A stretch of DNA of 61,422 nucleotides, filler included, from Vannella sp. (GCA_023345925.1; 4 parts of 4 records of this genome joined end to end with filler, not necessarily neighbours in it), one strand, 5' to 3'; shown: positions 37,588-51,200, counted from the first letter of the whole stretch. Numbers and translations: made by a program. Notes: generated by a model not told the origin, from the sequence alone.

Positions 37588-38410
37588 ATGCCAAGCTCTG
37601 AGAAGGATGAAACTTTGGTTCTGAAGGACTTGCCGCTTGATTGCCACTCTGGTGGTCTGGAGCAGGCCTTGGTGAGTATGAGCATTCTTCTGTCTTCGTT
37701 CTGACGAGACGATTGCAGAATGGCTACGAAATCAAGCCCATTTCAATCATGTTCCACTGTGATGCTTCCAACAGCTTCACTGGGATCGCCATGGTTCAGT
37801 ACAGCTCGATTGAAGACGCCACTGCAATGCTCTCCACACTGCACTGCTCTACTCTCCAAGGGCAGAAGATCCGAGCTCAGTACAAGTACAAAAAGCTCGG
37901 TATGACCTTCAAGCCTCGCTTAGTACGTCCTTTCCTCATACATGAACAGAGGAGATGGAGGAATACCAGCAGTTCTACGATCAGCTCAAGTCCTTCCGCG
38001 ACAACGATGAGATCAACGAGATGCCTTTTGGGATGGGGTTCACCCCGTTCCAACGCAAGCTGGTTCATCAGATCTGTGGGAAGCTTCGTCTTGAGCACGA
38101 GTCGATCACGGAAGGGTCGGACCGATACGTTCTTGTGTCCAAAGTGCAAGCCAAGGATTGGAGCCCTTCGACCCGAGGATCTTCGTTTCCTCGAGGAAAG
38201 AAGCAACCAGAGTATGTAGTTTGTACTAATGGAGGGACTTCCAACTGATGGCCGGGGATCAGGTCACAGGAGACCGTCCTTCGACCTTCCCGGCCTGCGA
38301 AAGGGCCTGACGGCACAAACGGGTTCAAAGAAGACTTCCAGATTCTTCGTCGTGTTCAATTGGGCCTTGTCAATGAGGAGTCCTCATTCACAGAGCACGA
38401 GCGAGGTTAG
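37588..38410 (+). CDS. RRM + R3H + SUZ-C RNA-binding protein, 4 exons
   Basis: RRM (LVLKDLP..FTGIAMVQYSSIEDA..LQGQKIRAQY). R3H (FTPFQRKLVHQICGKLRLEHES..RYVLVSK). After intron 38212-38262 the frame reads RPAKGPDGTNGF (SUZ-C-like). Confidence 0.82.
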
Positions 38411-38517
38411 AATACATCGCGGGGTCCAACTTCTCTCTTCCCCTCTCTATTTTCTCAATCGTGCTTGAGGACCAGCAAACTGTCTTGGATGAGATCAGAA
38501 GGGCAATCGATGTGGGC

Positions 38518-38688
38518 AGAAAAGTCACGATAGATGGCATTTCCACTCATTCGAGTCTTTGAAGCACCCAAAACTCAAAAAATGAAATCAGCCCAAAAGC
38601 TTATCCTGAAGAGATGGAGGTCATCAGGACACTCTTGGCAAACACGAGTATTGGAACCCTTCCCCTTGGCTCGTGGATTTTCTCAAGA
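38518..38688. repeat. Dispersed intergenic repeat copy B
   Basis: Colinear similarity blocks with 16003-16160. Confidence 0.75.
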
Positions 38689-38792
38689 CGGCTGTGTTGG
38701 GTTTCCCAAAAGCAACTTGATATGAGAAGCCACGAGCCCAACTTGAAGGCTCCCGACGAGCGACTAATCATGATCTCTGTTGTGACACCGTG

Positions 38793-38892
38793 NNNNNNNN
38801 NNNNNNNNNNNNNNNNNNNNNNNNNNNNNNNNNNNNTTAATTAATTAANNNNNNNNNNNNNNNNNNNNNNNNNNNNNNNNNNNNNNNNNNNN
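38793..38892. other. Artificial contig-joining linker
   Basis: N44-TTAATTAATTAA-N44. Confidence 0.97.
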
Positions 38893-39863
38893 ACAAGACC
38901 GTTGTGACCATCAAGTCCGTCACCAACTCACCCATCTTCATGAAGGTTTTAGAGTTCCTCTACAGTGGAAGCGTTAACTTTGCCACCATGACGCCTGAGT
39001 CAATCATGGAGCTGAATAAGGCGGGCAAGGTTTTCAACCTTCGCCGCCTCTCCTACTTGTGCGAGGACTTCTTCCAACAGAACCTCTCACTTCAGAACAT
39101 CTTCGAGGTGATTGTCGCCGCTCACAAATTGAATGAGCCCACTGTGAAGTCCTTCTGCAAGTTCTTCGCCATCGAACACTTCAACGAGTTCGTCATGAAC
39201 ACAGAAGGCCTCCACGTCCTTGGTATTGATCTCTTCCAAGAGTGTGTAACTGCCTACCTTACTTTCCAAGCAACTGGAAGCTTGAGCAAAGTTTCCTTGG
39301 GAGAAGTGCCCCCGTACACCCTCCTCAACGACCTCGAACGCCTTTACAAGATGATGCCCTACGCCGACTGCAAGTTCATTGTCGAGGGAGAAGAGGTACT
39401 CTGCCACAAGGGTATCCTGGGTGGCTACTCAGAGAAGTTCAAAACCACCCCAGTGCCTCCCGCAGGCATGGTAATGAACGGTATCTCCTTGAGCGGGTTC
39501 CGATCCATGCTGAAGTTCTTGTACTATGGAGATGACAACATTGAGCCCCTTCCAGCTTGTGAGTTGGTTGGGTTTGCTCGCAACTATGGCTTGCATGACC
39601 TCCTCACCCTCTGCGAGAACAAGATCCGTAACAGCATCGCCAAGGAGACTGTCGTTGAGATTCTTGAAGTCGCTTATCAACCCGAGATGGCTCAGAAACA
39701 AGAACTCGTCGAGGAACTCAAGTCCAAGACGTTCCCCTTCATTGCTGAGAACTTCTCAACCATCGACCTTTCCCCCTTGCGCAACCGCATGAACGGAAAG
39801 ACTGTCATGATTGCTGCTGACCTCCTTCTCTACCTTCAGGATGTCCACACCAACAACAGTTAG
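38893..39863 (+). CDS. Tandem BTB/POZ domain protein, 5'-truncated by the contig end
   Basis: FMKVLEFLYSG..LRRLSYLCE and YADCKFIVEGEEVLCHKGIL..FRSMLKFLYYG..LLTLCE. Confidence 0.88.
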
Positions 39864-40125
39864 ACGAACCCTCCTTCTCAAATAAACAGAATTGCCTTTT
39901 CCGTCTCAATTCCGTGAACCTCTTTATTTGCTCTTCTCTGAGCCCTCACTCTCTCTTGGGCCGGTAAGCGATGCGCTGCGTGCAGGGTTCTCAAGTGGTG
40001 TTGGAGCTAACTGGGTGTGGGTAGAAGGGGACGCGTCTGCAGTCGTCGACCCGTTGTCTCTTGCTCGTGACCTGCGCGAGTCTCCCTCCACCAGCGTGGT
40101 TGTAGTTTGAGTGTTGAAGAACAAC

Positions 40126-43100
40126 ATGTATTCTGAATCGCAGACCTCTTCCGAGGATCTCCGACAGTTGGGAGCTTCGTCTTCTTCAGAAGTGAGCCCG
40201 CCCATTGACAGTCCGATGGGAGCCAAGAGCGGCCACAAGCGGAGGCCCTCCCTCAAGCGGAAGACGCAGGAGTTCCTCAAACGCAGTAACTCGGGGGTAC
40301 TGCCTCCCCTTGACATGATCATCCCCGGTGGCCGCACCAGCTCGATGGACGAGCATGAACTTGGCTACCGCTCGGACAATTCTGACGGTGAATCTGATGA
40401 CTTGGAGGCTTTGCAGCTCAGGGTACAAGAGCTCTCCTCCTCACCTTCACTCAGGGCTGAGTCTGGACGACCCGTTGCCCGTTTGAAACGGTCACTCTCC
40501 GTCAAGTTTAGAAGCAGCAACAAGGTCAGCGAACCACCACCACCGGCTCCTGCAGTCCCTGTGGATGATACCTTACATAAGGCGCTCGCACAAAACGTTA
40601 ATCTGAAGACGTTCACGAAGCTTCTCAAGCGCGCTACTCACATCGACCAAGTGGACGCCAAGGGACAGAGTAGCTTACATCTTTGCTGTTCTAGAGGGCT
40701 AATCGAGTTCATCAAGCTCCTCCTGAAGAGGGGAGCGGACGTAAACTTGAAGGACAACATGGGATACACCCCTCTCCATTGTGCTGCAGTGGAGCGACAG
40801 CTTGCTAGCTGCCAACTTCTGCTTGAGTCAAAGGTCATTGACGTAAACCTGACGAATCGCGAGGAGTCCAACATCCTTCACTACTTGGCGCGGATTCCCG
40901 TGGACGAGAGCGACATCGTCGAGTACAGGCGGATCCTCGACACGCTGATTGAGAAAGGGATTGACCCGAACCGTGGAAACACTCACAAGGAGGCGCCAAT
41001 CCACTTTGCTTGTATGAAGAGCAACGTACAAAGCGTGGCGCTTCTTCTCGAGCGGGGCGCCGATTGCAACCTTCCCACAGCGTAGGTGCCTCACTCTACG
41101 CTCCCTTTGGGGTGTACTTAACTCATGATCTGGGTGTAGGTTCAACGAGACCCCTCTGCATTACGCTGTGAGGGCGGGAAGCGCCAAACTCGTTCGCATG
41201 TTGATGGAAAGCGGCGCGGATCCCACTTCGCAGGCGGATGATGACAACGCTACCCCAGTAGACGTCGCTGAACAGTACCAAAGCGCGGATATCCTCGATT
41301 GCCTTCAATGTAAGCGCCCCCGTCTCATTCTACTCTGGTACTGGCTCTGACGCTGGTTGGCACTCAGCTATCATTGAGGAGGAGCTTAAGACAGACCAAA
41401 AGAGCATAATACCTCAGCGGCTTCGGATCATCGACAGCAACATCGTGAAGCAAGGCACTTTAGACGTCATTCAGGACCACGATTGGGTTCCCTACCACGT
41501 GATAGTCAACAGGCATCGCATCTACTGTGTCACTGAGGAGGTATGTTGTCCTGTGGAGGTTCTGAAAGTGCTCATTTCGCCGAAAGGGAGAGACAAAACC
41601 TATCTTGCAGGTCTTCTTGACGAATACGGTGGTTTCAGTGGAGGAGGGTTCCATTATATCGGATGATGGCTTGCAGCGGTGGTGCTTCAGTACCACGGAG
41701 GTTTCAGATAGAACCGTCTCTTTTGGTGCTCGGCTTCCAGAGGAGATGGATGAGTGGCTGGATGCTTTCGAATATGTTCTAAGTGAGAGAGTGAAGCTGG
41801 TGAGCAAAGTCTATCGGGGGAGGAGCTGCAGGGGTTAACGCAGGGCGTCAATAGCTTCAGATTTATGAAAAGCTCAAGGCTCAATCCAAACCCCGCAAGC
41901 GGTTACGGATCAAAGAGCGTAATCTGGCCATTCAAAATTGCTTGGAGGGCTGCAAGCAGTTACTTGAGCTTACAGAACCTGAGAAGATGTGCAACGTGAG
42001 AGAGCTTCACATTCACGATTCTGATTGCCCTAACTCTTCTTAGTTCTTGGCCACTGACACGGAAAGAGGGGCGGCAGCGTTGAGCAAGATCATAAATACG
42101 GAGGACGAATCGATAATCAAAGTGCTGACCAAGTATCTCTTACATCGCGACGTCTTCCAGCAGTTTCTGAAATCAGCTCTCAATCATGAAGTTCGTATAA
42201 CAGGTGAGTAAGTTCGATCCCACGTTCGTTCTGCTCACAAGTGGAGTAGCTATGGGAGAAACTCTCTTCCGGGAGATGTCACTTTCTACTCGGTTGATGT
42301 CAGCGTACTTGGATTACGACCAAGGGAGGGATTATTTAAAGACCACCGTCGTGCCCTTATTGAACGAAATATCATCCAGCGAGCACGTTCTTGAGGTCAA
42401 CCCGGAAGCAGTCGACCGCCATACCAACGTTCAGGCCAATCTCGACAAGATCTTGGCAATTTCACAAAAGTTTTTCGACCAAGTCATCAGCTCTCCCAAT
42501 CGCTTTCCTTAGTGAGTTCCTCTCTTTTCAATCTACCGAGTCGAACTAATCAAGCGAGATAGTATCTTCCGAGAGGCCCTTTTACACACCAGAGGGCGAG
42601 TTGATGCAGTCTTTCCCAACATGACGCACGCCGTCGTTGGTGGCTTTGTCTTTCTGCGGTTCATCTGCCCTGCCATTATAACACCCCACAAGTTCGGACT
42701 TTCCAGTAAGTGACTTGGTCTGGCCGTGTTGAAGGAGGTCATTAATCTCGTTGGTTGTAGAAAACCCCGATCGGGCGAGGCGGGAGGCGGTGTTGATCAC
42801 CAAAATTCTTCAAACAGTCTCAAATGGGGTGGAGTTTGATGGATCCAAGGAGGACTACATGAAGCGATTGAATCCCTTCATCAAACGGAACCGGCTTTGT
42901 GTGACAGTATTTTTTGATAATCTAACGGTGAGCATGTTTGAGAGTCAATCCCTGATACAACCTGATCATCTCCACAGGATCCAATTGGTATAAGCAGGCA
43001 AAAAGGACTTTACTCTCCTCCCAAGAAATTAGGCAAGGATGAAGTCGAAACATGCCAAAAGAAGCTCTTCGAACATATCCTCGCAACGCACGACCGAATG

Positions 43101-43202
43101 AGGGACCTAATAGGTGGCAAATCAAGAGTTTGTCTTCCCCTCCAAGACACTTTGGACTCGGACGACGACCACAGCGCGGTCGAGATCTCCGAAGACGAAT
43201 AA
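40126..43202 (+). CDS. Ankyrin + PH + RasGAP protein, multi-exon
   Basis: ANK repeats (GQSSLHLCC, GYTPLHCAA, ETPLHYA). PH-like exon ending EEMDEWLDAF. RasGAP arginine-finger motif TLFREMSLSTR and signature FLRFICPAIITP. Stop at 43200-43202. Confidence 0.9.
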
Positions 43203-43380
43203 TCCGGCCACCCCACCTTCCCCTCCAATCACTCAAACCCACTTGAATGTGTAATTTAATTCTGTATGATGCCGTTTGGCCCACTAAAAGCCAGCTCTCT
43301 TCACGTTCGGCCCAAAAAGGAAAATGTGTAAAGGCCTGCCCGTTGTTCGTTACTCGCTGAACGCTCATTTTTGCATTGCC

Positions 43381-44743
43381 ATGGCCTCGTCTATGGATTC
43401 CTTGATGTTGAGAGAGCTGGGATGGCGTATGACTGAACGAGAGCGCACTTTGCTCTACAGGAGCGTCCCACTCAAGCTCGAAGTGAGTTGACTTGAAGGA
43501 GGGAATGGTGCTGAGCTAATGAGTGCAGCGAGAGCTCTTCTTTTCGGAGGAGTGTTTAGCGTGGACGCTTAATGGTCATGCTCTTGGAGAACCAGCAGAC
43601 ATTATCTCTTTAAACGGTTTCGTTTTGCTTCTCTTTTCAAGTGGGCTTTTCTGTGTTGTCCAGCTGAGTTATGGTGAGTGAGAAGATGTGATTGTGTCGA
43701 CTAACCTTGCTAAAAGGGAGGTCCAAGCTCATGCTTTGGAACGAGTCTACGGAGATACGGGTTCACGCAATCTTTCATTCAGCTCAATCGAAGGAGATCG
43801 TGTTAATCACTTGCTCATCTGGCTATTGGACGATTGAATCATTCCCAGAAAGGTTCCTACTCTCTGATTGGCCGGCTGAAGCGTTATCTGACTGTCGTTA
43901 GTTGTCTCTCCTCAAAGGACTCCATTCGGCAGCGGACTGTTGTGCGATTCAATAGTGATTTCGGATGGCCAAGTTTCGTGCAGTTTGATGATGTCAATCA
44001 AATGGTGTACACTTACTTTGGTGACAAAGGCGTCGCTCACAATCTTTCGAGTTGGACAGAGAGTTTCACTCTTCCTCCCTCCACTTCAAGGGTCTTATCC
44101 TGGTAAATTTCCTACGCCTCACAAGATTGTAACTGACTCAGCTAAGCGGGAAAGGCATGGTGATGTCGAGGGCGAAGGACTCTGTTGTAGTTTCTTCTGC
44201 AATTGATGGACAAGTGAGTATTGTGAGAGGCAGCCCAGGCCAAGATTGAATGATGAATAGGAGTTGAGGAGAATCCGGTTTGATCCAGGAGCAACGATTG
44301 AGTTTGCCATTCTCACGACTCATGTGCTCATGAAGATGAAAGGAGGCCCGTTACAGATCTGGAGCCTGTCGGAGCAAGAACCAGTCTTCCTTCAGGAAGC
44401 AATGGATTCTCAATTCGTCGTTCCTGTCCACCATTCCTTCCTTCTGAGCCTTCAAGCAGGTCGCACCACTGTCTGGTCAGAGAAGGGTGAAAGATGTAAC
44501 ACTTACGAGGACACAGAGCGCCCGATCGATTGCTTCCATTCTTTTGGTACATCTTGCATCTCATTCAGCATCGGACCAAAACAAAGAATTATTGGACGAG
44601 AGATGGCTTCTGGAGTGGAAGTCGTAACTGGCAATCTTGGAGAAGGCAATTGCATGTGCTGTCCATCTCTCGTACGAACCGACAGCAGTGATGTGAGGCA
44701 GTTGAGAGTCTTCCGAAAACATTCACTGCAACTCTACCGATAA
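43381..44743 (+). CDS. Putative beta-propeller (WD40-like) protein, multi-exon, 3' end uncertain
   Basis: ATG 43381 (MASSMDSLMLRELG). WPSFVQFDDVNQMVYTY and TTVWSEKGE..YED resemble a conserved uncharacterised eukaryotic family with a WPGFVEFDDVN motif, recalled from memory and not searched. Confidence 0.55.
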
Positions 44744-45033
44744 AGAATGCATCATCTGGCGATGCATAAGTGTTTGTGATTCCTTTCCTCCACACCGTTC
44801 TGGGAAAGGTGTATCTGGTCGTCGTGGCCTCTTGTACTTCCCTAATCCTCTGGAAGAGAGAGAGCCCCATCAAAGTTCGAACAAGACCATGCACATTATC
44901 ACTCTCCCTTCATTCCCAGTTGAATTTGAGGCAGAGCAGGTAGATGCCAATTCAACCTCATCTTCAAGTCTCTCGAAGCATCTCAGGAAGGCATCTTCCA
45001 GGTGCATTTGGCCCATGGTGGAGGCCTTAATGA

Positions 45034-45087
45034 AGATTTTGACACTCTCAATGGCTACTTAGATTTTGACACTCTCAATGGCTACTT
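45034..45087. repeat. Perfect 27-bp direct tandem duplication
   Basis: agattttgacactctcaatggctactt occurs twice in tandem. Confidence 0.95.
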
Positions 45088-45204
45088 CCCACCTTGCAAT
45101 CACTCGTCGTTCCTTCCTTTCAGTTTTTGGAGTAGAAAATGCTGCAATGAACCCTCTATCGTGAGTAGTGTTTTAATGGACTGGAGTAAGGGAAAAGGAG
45201 GGTT

Positions 45205-48031
45205 CTAAAGATCCAATATTGCGATCAGATCCTCAAAAGTGGGAGTCGGGGGTTCAGAATCCGCCATAATAGGGGAATGGGAGAAGTTCCTTAACTCTGG
45301 GATGATCCGGGAAACCTCTCCCAGAACGGTTTGGAGGAAAGGAATCACAAACACTTTCCGTGGGATGGGAAGAAGGTCATCTGACACGCGCTGAGGTCGC
45401 TGCTCTTTGAGGAACTCGAGAAGCTTCTTCTCATTGAAGTCCTCTCTCAGAGTTCGAACTGAATTAGAAACTGGACCAAGGCTGGCAAACCCGCTTGACT
45501 TTCCGTTTTTGGTATAATTCGCCCAACACTTTCGCAGCGTTCCAGCATTCACTTTGCAATTGGAAGCAACAAAGTTCCCGCAGATAGGGATGTTCTGGTT
45601 GTGGGCTTGGCACGAAGATCGTCCTCCTCCCTGGCAAGAAAGAGCTTCAAAAAGCTCCCGGGAAGCTGCTTCGCGAGCGTGTTCGGGGCGCAATAGAGGG
45701 GACACATAGGGTTTGAAACTGTCTTCGAAGATGAAGCCTCTTTCGGATAGCCCTTGGTTAGCTTTGCCCAAAGCAAAATTGCGATGCCTCCACAAGCGGT
45801 CGATTACAACATTCCCATCGAATTGCTTCGAAGTAAAGACTCTCAGTTCATCTTCAAGGAGCTCAGAAAGAGAGCTTTTGCTCTGGTCGAGTAAGAACTC
45901 TGTGGCGTATCCTTGGCTGCTGAGAATTTTAACTTTCTTGAGCTCTACCACCAGCTTTTTAGACAGCTCAAGACGATCCACGTAGTTTGAAGCGATAGCG
46001 TTCTCAGCAAAGCTGTGATAGTAAAACGCACTGTCCTCCATTTGGAAGAAAAGGAGTTTGTCGAGGTGTTGGGCGTTCCGGATGTCGTCCCAATGTGGGA
46101 TTCGCTCTTCTACATGCTTCGCTTGGTTAGTGATGGCAATGAGAAGAGGGAGCCAGTTCGGGAAAGGAGGATTCCCCGTGTTGTGGGAAAATGGCTGGAG
46201 TAACTCCATCAACCCCATAACGCATCCTCCCTTTTCAGTTTCCTGCAGAAATTGATCAAAGTTCTCTCCAACGTAATCATCCCATTGAGATTGAGCTGGG
46301 AATACCCTCAGTCCATTCTCAGCCTTGATATCTCCAAGTTTGAATTCCAAAGAGGCTCCATCTAGGCGGACCAATCTGAAGGTGGAGAGCGAATCACTTG
46401 GTAACAACACGATGTGAGTGATCCATTCCCTCTTTTTCTTCTTGTCCAATGCAACAATCCAATGATGTTGGGCCACCCATCTCTCGCTGCTAATCTGTTT
46501 CTCCAAAGTGAGGGTGATCTCATCGACAGGCGAGTTCTCCTTTCCAGAGAAGCAGATCCAATGGGACGGACACTCCGTCTTCAGCTCTTTCTTCAAATTC
46601 AAGAGCAAACGAGCCCTGCTTGCAGCGTCTCGCAGAGCGACCTGAAGGATGACCAAATCGTTTTCTTCAAACAACCGAGATTTGAAGAAAGTGCGTTGGA
46701 GAAGTCGAGTGGCCCATTGGTCGATGAGATTCCGGAATCGGATGGCGATAAAGTATGCCTGAGACATGCATCGGAAGAGCAGTTTGCTATCATTCAGGCC
46801 GTCTTTACTCGCCAATTTGAGCTGCCGGCATCGAAGTTGGGAGAGTTGCTCTTTGTTGAACTGCAATTGCTCTTCCGTATCCTCCCATCCACTGGCTGGT
46901 GTTTCGACACGAGTCTTGAGCTCAAGCCAGCTTGCGCGTGGCCTTCTCAAATACTCTTCTGTTTGACACTGAACTGAGTCTGTCTCGACTCGAAACTGTT
47001 TAGCTGGAACAAAGTCAGATATGTACTGTTCTGAAAGCTCAAGCGAAGTGATAGCGCCGTAATAGAACTCTTGGTGCATCTGCTCCTCCATAAGGTCCAA
47101 CATTGAACTTCCAATCAGTCGGATGGGCTCAAGTTCGAACGAGAGAAGAGACAGCTTTGTTGCTTGACGATAACACTCCGCAGTCAGCCAACGGCACTGA
47201 GAAAGAGAGGAACAAACAAACGCAAGGGCGCGCCATTCTTCGCATCGTCCACAAACTTGATCTCGAGTAGGAGGAGCTTACTATAAAGCTCCACAAACAA
47301 CCGTTCTTGTTCTTCAAGAACCGAATAGTCAAATGAGAAAGATTCAAGGACTGAATCGGAGTTCTCCGCTTGAATAGGACAAGAAAGATCCTGGAGGAGT
47401 CGTTCGACCGAGTTGGGACCGCTTCCAAGAGACTCTTCGAACAGCATTTCGAGGTTTCGTGAGAAGTCCGGCTTCCATTTGGTATCTTCCGAAGACAATC
47501 GACTGATTCGGATGGTTAAGAAAGCTTCCACTTTCACTTTCATTTCCTCAATGAACAGTGGGCTCCGCCAGAATTGTTCGGCCACTTGATCTCGCAACAC
47601 TCTGATTTCCGCAGAGTCATCCGGTTGCCCAACCGATTCCTGCAAGTACCGAATGATCTTATCAGTGATGCGTTTCCTGTCCACTTCACTCTTCCATTGG
47701 TCTCGGATTATCCTGCTGGGAATGGTAAATGAACGCGATCCACAGTTCTTGCGCACAAAAATGTGAAGAGGTGGCTTCAACAACATGTAGCTCAGTAGCT
47801 TTGAGACGTTGCGAAGACGGCTTTTGTCTTCTTTTGTCATTCCGTTTCGCTTGGCAAAGAGAAAGAAGGACCAGTTCGTCAATTGCGGCATGGCTTCGCT
47901 GTAGTCGATTAGAATACTCACTTCTCTCTCGTCCACCCATCCCGAGTCCCTTTTGATCTCGGATTGAACTGATTGTGGAACTAGCCGCACATGTTTGGAG
48001 TCGTTGGCAATAATGTTCAGCGCTTCCCACC
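45205..48031 (-). CDS. Large hypothetical protein (>900 aa), 5'-truncated by the contig end
   Basis: ORFs 47184-47990 and 45205-47103 lie on the same strand separated by an intron-sized gap; no recognised domain. Confidence 0.65.
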
Positions 48032-48131
48032 NNNNNNNNNNNNNNNNNNNNNNNNNNNNNNNNNNNNNNNNNNNNTTAATTAATTAANNNNNNNNNNNNN
48101 NNNNNNNNNNNNNNNNNNNNNNNNNNNNNNN
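48032..48131. other. Artificial contig-joining linker
   Basis: N44-TTAATTAATTAA-N44. Confidence 0.97.
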
Positions 48132-48200
48132 TTTTTTTAAAAAAAAACTTGCTGTGGACGCGTAATATCTTGACGAGGCTGTTTGTGGTTTATTTTTTAG

Positions 48201-51200
48201 ATGTCCGTTCACGCGGCCATTCGGGAGGGGAACCTGGTGAAGCTGAAGAAGCTGTTGCAAGGCGAAGGAAAGGAGAATGAGGTGAATACGCAAGGTAAGA
48301 GCTGTCGTACGGGGTTGCACGGCTTTTGTGCTTTGTTGAGCTTCTCCCTTCTGACCGTCGTTTTCCCAGGTTTGGCTCCGATTCACGTGGCGGTAGTGGA
48401 AAACAAGATATTGATGATACGAGCTCTCCTGCGACGAGGAGCAGATGTGAATGCGCTTGACCCAGAAGGTCGCAACGCCATCTTCCTCGCGGCGGAGGTT
48501 GGACAAATCAAAACGCTGGAGTTGCTCCTCAAGAAGAAGCTGTAGGGAGCTCTTCTTCTTCTGCAAAGCCCTCTCTTATGTACAACAGGAAGCCAAACTG
48601 CCAGGATGCCGTGCCCGTGCTGGTGAAGCAACTCACCATCTTTCCAGAAGAACTGGCTGTTATCAAGCTTCTCCAAACATGCTCAGAGCTAGGAGCTGAC
48701 GTAAGAGACCCTCCACGCACCCTCTTGTAACGTACTGAGCGAAAGAACTCAGTTGTCCATCAAGGACAAGACCGGAAACACTCCTTTGCACTACGCTGCC
48801 TTGTACGGGGCCATTGAGATTGCAAGGTTCCTTTTGGAGAAGAAGGTGTCTTCTGGTCCTGTCAATCTGTGAGCTCGATCTGCTCCCGATCTCACGAGGG
48901 AGGCGAGAGGACCGTTTGCTCACTACGAAGGGGAAGGGAACGGGATACTCCGCTTCACATCGCCATTCGTGAAGGGCATGAGTCATTCGCTCAGCTGATC
49001 CTTTCAGGGACTTGCTCTGTCACCACACAAAACCTGGCGGGTGAAACAGCACTTTACTTGGCCAAGTCTTGCGGGATGGTTCCAGTGATTCCGTTGATTG
49101 AAGGTGGGTCTCTGAGACCACTCCAGGCTAACGAACTCAATTTTGAATAGCGCACAGCAAGAAAGCGGACAGGCGAGTGGATATGGCTGTCCTACCTTGC
49201 AAAGGGGCGCCGCTGAAACCCCGTTTTGGAGTAAGTCAGACTTCAAGTGAGGTTCTGGAAGCGATTAACGTGTTTGGATGGTCAGCATGTCACCCTAGTG
49301 TATCAAGATAACGTTTACTTGTTAGGAGGATGCAACTCTGCCATCTTCTCGGACGCAACGGAGTTCTACAAGGATATTGTCCGAATTCAATTGGGCTCAG
49401 GCATGGTCACCGAGCACCCTTGCAGTCTCCCCAAAACCCTTGCGGGACATTCAGCGTCACTTGTGGGACGTCAAGCCTTTGTCTCTGGTGGCATCTCTGC
49501 TGACAAGACTCGCTCAAAAGATATTTGGGTTCTTGACGTGGAGACGTTCGTGTGGGAGCAGCTGCAGACTATTCCTTACCAGATTCCTTTGGACATGCAC
49601 ACGACAACGGTGTCTTCGCGTATTGAAGTCTTCTTCTTGGCTGAGTTACGCGGCGAATTTGCCCACTCTTTCAACTATGATTTGGTCAAAGCAGAGTGGC
49701 GGAAGATTGATCACGAAGTTGGTGAACGACCACGTTATCGAATGGGATACACCTGCACCAGAGTGAGGAACTCTTTGTTCTTGTTTGGAGGACGGGCCCC
49801 CTCTGGAGAGCTCCTAGGAGACTTGTGGACGTATGATCTTCATTCTCACTCCTGGCGACAGCTCAACTGCCCTGGCACTTTGCCACCACCTCGTTGCTTC
49901 CACAGTGCAACTCTAATGGGCGATATTCTTTTCCTCATTGGGGGTCAAGCGGAAGCTCCACTAATTGAGAAATTCATTTATGCTCTGGACACCAAAGAAG
50001 AGGTTTGGTACCGATACTTTATGCCGATGGATGTTTGCCCTAGGAGCTTCTCTGGATCATTCTTTGCCACCCGCTCACGACAATATCTTTACATTCACGG
50101 TGGCCGGGAATCATCTGAACTTATTCAGGTTCAAATCTCTGATTCATGTGCTGATACGGCTCCAGTTTCTTTAGCACTTCCAGTGATCTCTGAAAATGCT
50201 TCTAGAAGGATGAGTGTCGCCTTGCCTCGTCCCAAAACTCAGCGGAAAGAGAGGAAAGTTACTTCTGTTGATTTGCTGGGCTCTCATTTCAGTACATCAC
50301 TCCGAAGTATTGAAAAGCACATGACTGTACTGTCTCCTAGAGAATCCTCTGCATTGGATCGGGTTCCAGTGTCCAATTTGATTCAGATGGCTGATGATCT
50401 GAATGAGGTTTCCTCTACACTCTCAGCAGATGTCCTCCATTACATTGCAATCCTCCAAACTTTTTTGGATCCAGAGAGACAGCCAAACGAAGCTGCGGGG
50501 GATATGGCAATGCTGCGTGATACGGGAGAAGAACTCACTTTCTTCTGCCAAAATCGTGCTCCTGTTTTGTCCGACCTGACAAAATCTATGAGAGCCTTTG
50601 AACTGAGACAAAAGGCTGTAAGATTCCAGGTTGCTCAATTTCCAATTCATCACCTCCAATCAATTGCCATACCCAGCGAGTACAAGCCCAATCCACTACC
50701 AAGTGATTTTGAAGGATGGGAGTCGAGCCTCAAGAAGCGCTTCTATCTCTGCGAGGAACTCATGAAAACAGAAATTCACTACGTCAACGACTTGGCGTTG
50801 ATGATTGGATTGTACTTGCGTCCGCTTCAGAATGAGTTTAGCGACCTTTTAACTTCATACGAATTGACTACTCTGTTTAAGAACACCGAGGCTCTGTTTT
50901 CTCTTAACAATCGCCTGCTGAGTCGTCTTCAAGAAGAGCAGAAACGACCTTATGAAGAGCAGGATGCGGGTGGCGTGTTTGTTGAGTTCCTGGAGGAGCT
51001 GAAAGTACAGTACGTATGTTACAGCGCAAATCAGGTCGCTGCCAATGATTTGTACCGCCAAGCCCGTTCCAGCAGTCCAGACTTTGAAAGCTTCGCTCAC
51101 TTGGTCACAACCCTCCCAGAAGGCAAAGGCCATACTATGGACAGCTACCTCATCAAGCCATTCCAAAGGATTACTCGTTACTCCCTCCTCCTGAAGGAGC

